A DNA stretch of 64,000 nucleotides, from the NCBI RefSeq assembly GCF_009914755.1, contig NC_060925.1; one strand, given 5' to 3'. The number at the start of each line of letters is the position of its first letter. Within the stretch, counting starts at the first letter, position 1. The notes below the pieces were generated by a model. The model ran no database searches. It was not told where the DNA came from and worked only from the letters and a program-made list of their open reading frames with translations. The stretch is from the human T2T-CHM13v2.0 reference genome, Homo sapiens. Shown here one piece after another: positions 56,240 through 64,000 of the stretch. A program made the translations under genes and the position numbers.

Positions 56240-59200
56240 ATGAAATTGAAATGGATGGACTCATCATCGAATGGATTCGAATGGAATCATCGAATAAAAT
56301 TGATTGAAATCATCATCCAATGGAATCGAATGGTATCATTGAATGGAATCGAATGGAATCATCATCAGATGGAAATGAATGGAATCGTCATAAAATGGAA
56401 TCGAATGGATTCATTGAATGGAATCAGATGGAATCATCGAATGGACTGGAATGGAATCATTGAATGGACTCGAAAGGGATCATTATTGAATGGAATTGAA
56501 TGGAATCATCGAATGGACTCGATTGGAATCATTATCAAATGGAATCGAATGGAATCACCGAACAGAATCGAATGGAACAATCATCGAATGGACTCAAATG
56601 GAATTATCCTCCAATGGAATCGAATGGAATTATCGAATGCAATCGAATGGAATTATCGAATGCAATCGAATAGAATCATCGAATGGACTCGAATGGAATC
56701 ATCGAATGGAATGGAATGGAACAGTCAATGAACTCGAATGGAATCATCATTGAATGGAATCGAATGGAATCATCGAGTGGAATCGAATGGAATTATGATC
56801 AAATGGAAGCGAATGTAATCATCATCAAATGGAATCAAAAATAACCATCATCAATTGGTATTGAATGGAATTGTCATCAAACGGAATTCAAAGGAATCAT
56901 CATCAAATGGAACCGAATGGAATCCTCATTGAATGGAAATGAAAGGGGTCATCATCTAATGGAATCGCATGGAATCATCATCAAATGGAATCGAATGGAA
57001 TCATCATCAAATGGAATCTAATGGAATCATTGAACAGAATTGAATGGAATCGTCATCGAATGAATTGAATGCAATCATCGAATGGTCTCGAATGGAATCA
57101 TCTTCTAATGGAAAGGAATGGAATCATCGCATAGAATCGAATGGAATTATCATCGAATGGAATCGAATGGTATCAACACCAAACGGAAAAAAACGGAATT
57201 ATCGAATGGAATCGAAGAGAATCTTCGAACGGACCCGAATGGAATCATCTAATGGAATGGAATGGAATAATCCATGGACTCGAATGCAATCATCATCGAA
57301 TGGAATCGAATGGAATCATCAAATGGACTCGAATGGAATAATCATTGAACGGAATCGAATGGAATCATCATCGGATGGAAACGAATGGAATCATCATCGA
57401 ATGGAAATGAAAGGAGTCATCATCTAATGGAATTGCATGGAATCATCATAAAATGGAATCGAATGGAATCAACATCAAATGGAATCAAATGGAATCATTG
57501 AACGGAATTGAATGGAATCATCATCGAATGAATTGACTGCAATCATCGAATGGTCTCGAATGGAATCATCTTCAAATGGAATGGAATGGAATCATCGCAT
57601 AGAATCGAATGGAATTATCATCGAATGGAATCGAATGGAATCAACATCAAACGGAAAAAAACGGAATTATCGAATGGAATCGAAGAGAATCATCGAATGG
57701 ACCCGAATGGAATCATCTAATGGAATGGAATGGAATAATCCATGGACTCGAATGCAATCATCATCCAATGGAATCGAATGGAATCATCGAATGGACTCGA
57801 ATGGAATAATCATTGAACGGAATTGAATGGAATCATCATCGGATGGAAATGAATGGAATCATCATCGAATGGAATCGAATAGAATTATGGAATGAAATCC
57901 AGTGTGATCATCATCGAATGGACCCGAATGGAATCATCATCCAACGGAAGCTAATGGAATAAACATCGAATGAATCGAATGGAAACACCATCGAATTGAA
58001 ACGAATGGAATTATCATGAAATTGAAATGGATGGACTCATCATCGAATGGATTCGAATGGAATCATCGAATAAAATTGATTGAAATCATCATCGAATGGA
58101 ATCGAATGGTATCATTGAATGGAATCGAATGGAATCATCATCAGATGGAAATGAATGGAATCGTCATAGAATGGAATCGAATGGATTCATTGAATGGAAT
58201 CAGATGGAATCATCGAATGGACTGGAATGGAATCATTGAATGGACTCGAAAGGGATCATTATTGAATGGAATTGAATGGAATCATCGAATGGTCTCGATT
58301 GGAATCATTATCAAATGGAATGGAATGGAATCACCGAATAGAATCGAATGGAACAATCATCGAATGGACTCAAATGGAATTATCCTCCAATGGAATCGAA
58401 TGGAATTATCGAATGCAATCGAATGGAATTATCGAATGCAATCGAATAGAATCATCGAATGGACTCGAATGGAATCATCGAATGGAATGGAATGGAACAG
58501 TCAATGAACTCGAATGGAATCATCATTGAATGGAATCGAATGGAATCATCGAGTGGAATCGAATGGAATTATGATCAAATGGAATCGAATGTAATCATCA
58601 TCAAATGGAATCAAAAATAACCATCATCAATTGGTATTGAATGGAATTGTCATCAAATGGAATTCAAAGGAATCATCATCAAATGGAACCGAATGGAATC
58701 CTCATTGAATGGAAATGAAAGGGGTCATCATCTAATGGAATCGCATGGAATCATCATCAAATGGAATCGAATGGAATCATCATCAAATGGAATCTAATGG
58801 AATCATTGAACAGAATTGAATGGAATCGTCATCGAATGAATTGAATGCAATCATCGAATGGTCTCCAATGGAATCATCTTCTAATGGAAAGGAATGGAAT
58901 CATCGCATAGAATCGAATGGAATTATCATCGAATGGAATCGAATGGTATCAACACCAAACGGAAAAAAACGGAATTATCGAATGGAATCGAAGAGAATCT
59001 TCGAACGGACCCGAATGGAATCATCTAATGGAATGGAATGGAATAATCCATGGACTCGAATGCAATCATCATCGAATGGAATCGAATGGAATCATCGAAT
59101 GGACTCGAATGGAATAATCATTGAACGGAATCGAATGGAATCATCATCGGATGGAAACGAATGGAATCATCATCGAATGGAAATGAAAAGAGTCATCATC

Positions 59201-62200
59201 TAATGGAATTGCATGGAATCATCATAAAATGGAATCGAATGGAATCAACATCAAATGGAATCAAATGGAATCATTGAACGGAATTGAATGGAATCGTCAT
59301 CGAATGAATTGAATGCAATCATCGAATGGTCTCGAATGGAATCATCTTCAAATGGAATGGAATGGAATCATCGCATAGAATCGAATGGAATTATCATCGA
59401 ATGGAATCGAATGGAATCAACATCAAACGGAAAAAAACGGAATTATCGAATGGAATCGAAGAGAATCATCGAATGGACCCGAATGGAATCATCTAATGGA
59501 ATGGAATGGAATAATCCATGGACTCGAATGCAATCATCATCCAATGGAATCGAATGGAATCATCGAATGGACTCGAATGGAATAATCATTGAACGGAATC
59601 GAATGGAATCATCATCGGATGGAAATGAATGGAATCATCATCGAATGGAATCGAATAGAATTATGGAATGAAATCCAGTGTGATCATCATCGAATGGACC
59701 CGAATGGAATCATCATCCAACGGAAGCTAATGGAATCAACATCGAATGAATCGAATGGAAACACCATCGAATTGAAACGAATGGAATTATCATGAAATTG
59801 AAATGGATGGACTCATCATCGAATGGATTCGAATGGAATCATCGAATAAAATTGATTGAAATCATCATCGAATGGAATCGAATGGTATCATTGAATGGAA
59901 TCGAATGGAATCATCATCAGATGGAAATGAATGGAATCGTCATAGAATGGAATCGAATGGATTCATTGAATGGAATCAGATGGAATCATCGAATGGACTG
60001 GAATGGAATCATTGAATGGACTCGAAAGGGATCATTATTGAATGGAATTGAATGGAATCATCGAATGGTCTCGATTGGAATCATTATCAAATGGAATCGA
60101 ATGGAATCACCGAATAGAATCGAATGGAACAATCATCGAATGGACTCAAATGGAATTATCCTCCAATGGAATCGAATGGAATTATCGAATGCAATCGAAT
60201 GGAATTATCGAATGCAATCGAATAGAATCATCGAATGGACTCGAATGGAATCATCGAATGGAATGGAATGGAACAGTCAATGAACTCGAATGGAATCATC
60301 ATTGAATGGAATCGAATGGAATCATCGAGTGGAATCGAATGGAATTATGATCAAATGGAATCGAATGTAATCATCATCAAATGGAATCAAAAATAACCAT
60401 CATCAATTGGTATTGAATGGAATTGTCATCAAATGGAATTCAAAGGAATCATCATCAAATGGAACCGAATGGAATCCTCATTGAATGGAAATGAAAGGGG
60501 TCATCATCTAATGGAATCGCATGGAATCATCATCAAATGGAATCGAATGGAATGATCATCAAATGGAATCTAATGGAATCATTGAACAGAATTGAATGGA
60601 ATCGTCATCGAATGAATTGAATGCAATCATCGAATGGTCTCGAATGGAATCATCTTCTAATGGAAAGGAATGGAATCATCGCATAGAATCGAATGGAATT
60701 ATCATCGAATGGAATCGAATGGTATCAACACCAAACGGAAAAAAACGGAATTATCGAATGGAATCGAAGAGAATCTTCGAACGGACCCGAATGGAATCAT
60801 CTAATGGAATGGAATGGAATAATCCATGGACTCGAATGCAATCATCATCGAATGGAATCGAATGGAATCATCGAATGGACTCGAATGGAATAATCATTGA
60901 ACGGAATCGAATGGAATCATCATCGGATGGAAACGAATGGAATCATCATCGAATGGAAATGAAAGGAGTCATCATCTAATGGAATTGCATGGAATCATCA
61001 TAAAATGGAATCGAATGGAATCAACATCAAATGGAATCAAATGGAATCATTGAACGGAATTGAATGGAATCGTCATCGAATGAATTGACTGCAATCATCG
61101 AATGGTCTCGAATGGAATCATCTTCAAATGGAATGGAATGGAATCATCGCATAGAATCGAATGGAATTATCATCGAATGGAATCGAATGGAATCAACATC
61201 AAACGGAAAAAAACGGAATTATCGAATGGAATCGAAGAGAATCATCGAATGGACCCGAATGGAATCATCTAATGGAATGGAATGGAATAATCCATGGACT
61301 CGAATGCAATCATCATCGAATGGAATCGAATGGAATCATCGAATGGACTCGAATGGAATAATCATTGAACGGAATTGAATGGAATCATCATCGGATGGAA
61401 ATGAATGGAATCATCATCGAATGGAATCGAATAGAATCATGGAATGAAATCCAGTGTGATCATCATCGAATGGACCCGAATGGAATCATCATCCAACGGA
61501 AGCTAATGGAATAAACATCGAATGAATCGAATGGAAACACCATCGAATTGAAACGAATGGAATTACCATGAAATTGAAATGGATGGACTCATCATCGAAT
61601 GGATTCGAATGGAATCATCGAATAAAATTGATTGAAATCATCATCGAATGGAATCGAATGGTATCATTGAATGGAATCGAATGGAATCATCATCAGATGG
61701 AAATGAATGGAATCGTCATAGAATGGAATCGAATGGATTCATTGAATGGAATCAGATGGAATCATCGAATGGACTGGAATGGAATCATTGAATGGACTCG
61801 AAAGGGATCATTATTGAATGGAATTGAATGGAATCATCGAATGGTCTCGATTGGAATCATTATCAAATGGAATCGAATGGAATCACCGAATAGAATCGAA
61901 TGGAACAATCATCGAATGGACTCAAATGGAATTATCCTCCAATGGAATCGAATGGAATTATCGAATGCAATCGAATGGAATTATCGAATGCAATCGAATA
62001 GAATCATCGAATGGACTCGAATGGAATCATCGAATGGAATGGAATGGAACAGTCAATGAACTCGAATGGAATCATCATTGAATGGAATCGAATGGAATCA
62101 TCGAGTGGAATCGAATGGAATTATGATCAAATGGAATCGAATGTAATCATCATCAAATGGAATCAAAAATAACCATCATCAATTGGTATTGAATGGAATT

Positions 62201-64000
62201 GTCATCAAATGGAATTCAAAGGAATCATCATCAAATGGAACCGAATGGAATCCTCATTGAATGGAAATGAAAGGGGTCATCATCTAATGGAATCGCATGG
62301 AATCATCATCAAATGGAATCGAATGGAATCATCATCAAATGGAATCTAATGGAATCATTGAACAGAATTGAATGGAATCGTCATCGAATGAATTGAATGC
62401 AATCATCGAATGGTCTCGAATGGAATCATCTTCTAATGGAAAGGAATGGAATCATCGCATAGAATCGAATGGAATTATCATCGAATGGAATCGAATGGTA
62501 TCAACACCAAACGGAAAAAAACGGAATTATCGAATGGAATCGAAGAGAATCTTCGAACGGACCCGAATGGAATCATCTAATGGAATGGAATGGAATAATC
62601 CATGGACTCGAATGCAATCATCATCGAATGGAATCGAATGGAATCATCGAATGGACTCGAATGGAATAATCATTGAACGGAATCGAATGGAATCATCATC
62701 GGATGGAAACGAATGGAATCATCATCGAATGGAAATGAAAGGAGTCATTATCTAATGGAATTGCATGGAATCATCATAAAATGGAATCGAATGGAATCAA
62801 CATCAAATGGAATCAAATGGAATCATTGAACGGAATTGAATGGAATCGTCATCGAATGAATTGAATGCAATCATCGAATGGTCTCGAATGGAATCATCTT
62901 CAAATGGAATGGAATGGAATCATCGCATAGAATCGAATGGAATTATCATCGAATGGAATCGAATGGAATCAACCTCAAACGGAAAAAAACGGAATTATCG
63001 AATGGAATCGAAGAGAATCATCGAATGGACCCGAATGGAATCATCTAATGGAATGGAATGGAATAATCCATGGACTCGAATGCAATCATCATCGAATGGA
63101 ATCGAATGGAATCATCGAATGGACTCGAATGGAATAATCATTGAACGGAATCGAATGGAATCATCATCGGATGGAAATGAATGGAATCATCATCGAATGG
63201 AATCGAATAGAATTATGGAATGAAATCCAGTGTGATCATCATCGAATGGACCCGAATGGAATCATCATCCAACGGAAGCTAATGGAATCAACATCGAATG
63301 AATCGAATGGAAACACCATCGAATTGAAACGAATGGAATTATCATGAAATTGAAATGGATGGACTCATCATCGAATGGATTCGAATGGAATCATCGAATA
63401 AAATTGATTGAAATCATCATCGAATGGAATCGAATGGAATCATCATCAGATGGAAATGAATGGAATCGTCATAGAATGGAATCGAATGGATTCATTGAAT
63501 GGAATCAGATGGAATCATCGAATGGACTGGAATGGAATCATTGAATGGACTCGAAAGGGATCATTATTGAATGGAATTGAATGGAATCATCGAATGGTCT
63601 CGATTGGAATCATTATCAAATGGAATCGAATGGAATCACCGAATAGAATCGAATGGAACAATCATCGAATGGACTCAAATGGAATTATCCTCAAATGGAA
63701 TGGAATGGAATTATCGAATGCAATGGAATGGAATTATCGAATGCAATCGAATAGAATCATCGAATGGACTCGAATGGAATCATCGAATGGAATGGAATGG
63801 AACAGTCAATGAACTCGAATGGAATCATCATTGAATGGAATCGAATGGAATCATCGAGTGGAATCGAATGGAATTATGATCAAATGGAATCGAATGTAAT
63901 CATCATCAAATGGAATCAAAAATAACCATCATCAATTGGTATTGAATGGAATTGTCATCAAATGGAATTCAAAGGAATCATCATCAAATGGAACCGAATG

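Larger units (their letters stand above)
1..64000 (+). repeat. Human Satellite II (HSat2/HSATII) tandem array, GGAAT-rich strand on +; probably the 1q12 pericentromeric 1.77-1.8 kb family
   Basis: The sequence is made throughout of GAATG-derived motifs with the HSat2-type interruptions ATCATCGAATGG, AATCGAATGG and GGACTCGAATGG, rather than the long pure (GGAAT)n runs of HSat3. TCGA and GANTC sites are very dense. The dominant period is 1,776 bp. Family identity is from established knowledge; the chromosome is inferred from unit length. Confidence 0.96.

Noticed and set aside
104-63834. Hundreds of 62-163 aa ORFs (MESSSNE..., MKLKWMD..., MELNGII...) as protein-coding genes
   Set aside because: They are translations of GAATG-type repeats (EWNRMES/NGIIE words), overlap in several frames, recur with the satellite period, and are freely broken by stops and frameshifts between units. 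They show no recognisable domain.
1-64000. All ORFs lying on the + strand, suggesting a polycistronic or operon-like system
   Set aside because: This is a compositional effect. ATCATC/TCA on + reads as frequent TGA stops on the - strand, while + is rich in ATG.
1-64000. CRISPR-like repeat-spacer array or diversity-generating cassette system
   Set aside because: There are no unique spacers, leader, cas, recombinase or reverse transcriptase genes. The variable parts are themselves degenerate copies of the same pentamer and repeat with the unit period.
1-64000. HSat3, alpha satellite or telomeric repeat identity
   Set aside because: Pure GGAAT runs are only about 3 copies long and CATCATCGA-type motifs dominate, as in HSat2. 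I saw no 171 bp period, CENP-B box or TTAGGG tract.
1-64000. Inversion or transposable-element insertion within the array
   Set aside because: I saw no CATTCC-strand block or non-satellite sequence, and all landmark spacings are fully explained by 468 bp steps and small deletions, leaving no room for an insertion.

Overview
The whole 64 kb window is one uninterrupted, single-orientation tandem array of human (hominid) Satellite II (HSat2/HSATII). It is built from degenerate GAATG/GGAAT pentamers arranged as 23-26 bp motifs such as GAATGGAATCATCGAATGGAATC, with a dominant 1,776 bp repeat unit carrying one EcoRI site. This matches the ~1.77-1.8 kb chromosome 1q12 pericentromeric HSat2 family (D1Z1/pUC1.77 type); the chromosome assignment comes from unit length and prior knowledge, not from an alignment. 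I see no genes, RNA genes, transposon insertions, inversions or CRISPR arrays, and every ORF in the track is a translation artefact of the satellite. I cannot support a new gene-based system here. What is worth a second look is the array architecture. Using the once-per-unit landmark ATCATGAAATTGAA (35 copies, 1624 to 63344), the 34 complete units all fit length = 840 + 468*n, minus small deletions: n=1 in 4 units (1,308 bp), n=2 in 24, n=3 in 5 (~2,244 bp) and n=4 in 1 (2,712 bp). Diagnostic variants show chimeric 468 bp sub-repeats with mappable crossover intervals, recent multi-unit duplications with periods of 4,010, ~4,020 and 3,084 bp, a haplotype shared across ~28 kb, and one locally variant-rich patch. 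All variant calls were made by eye and need alignment and read support.
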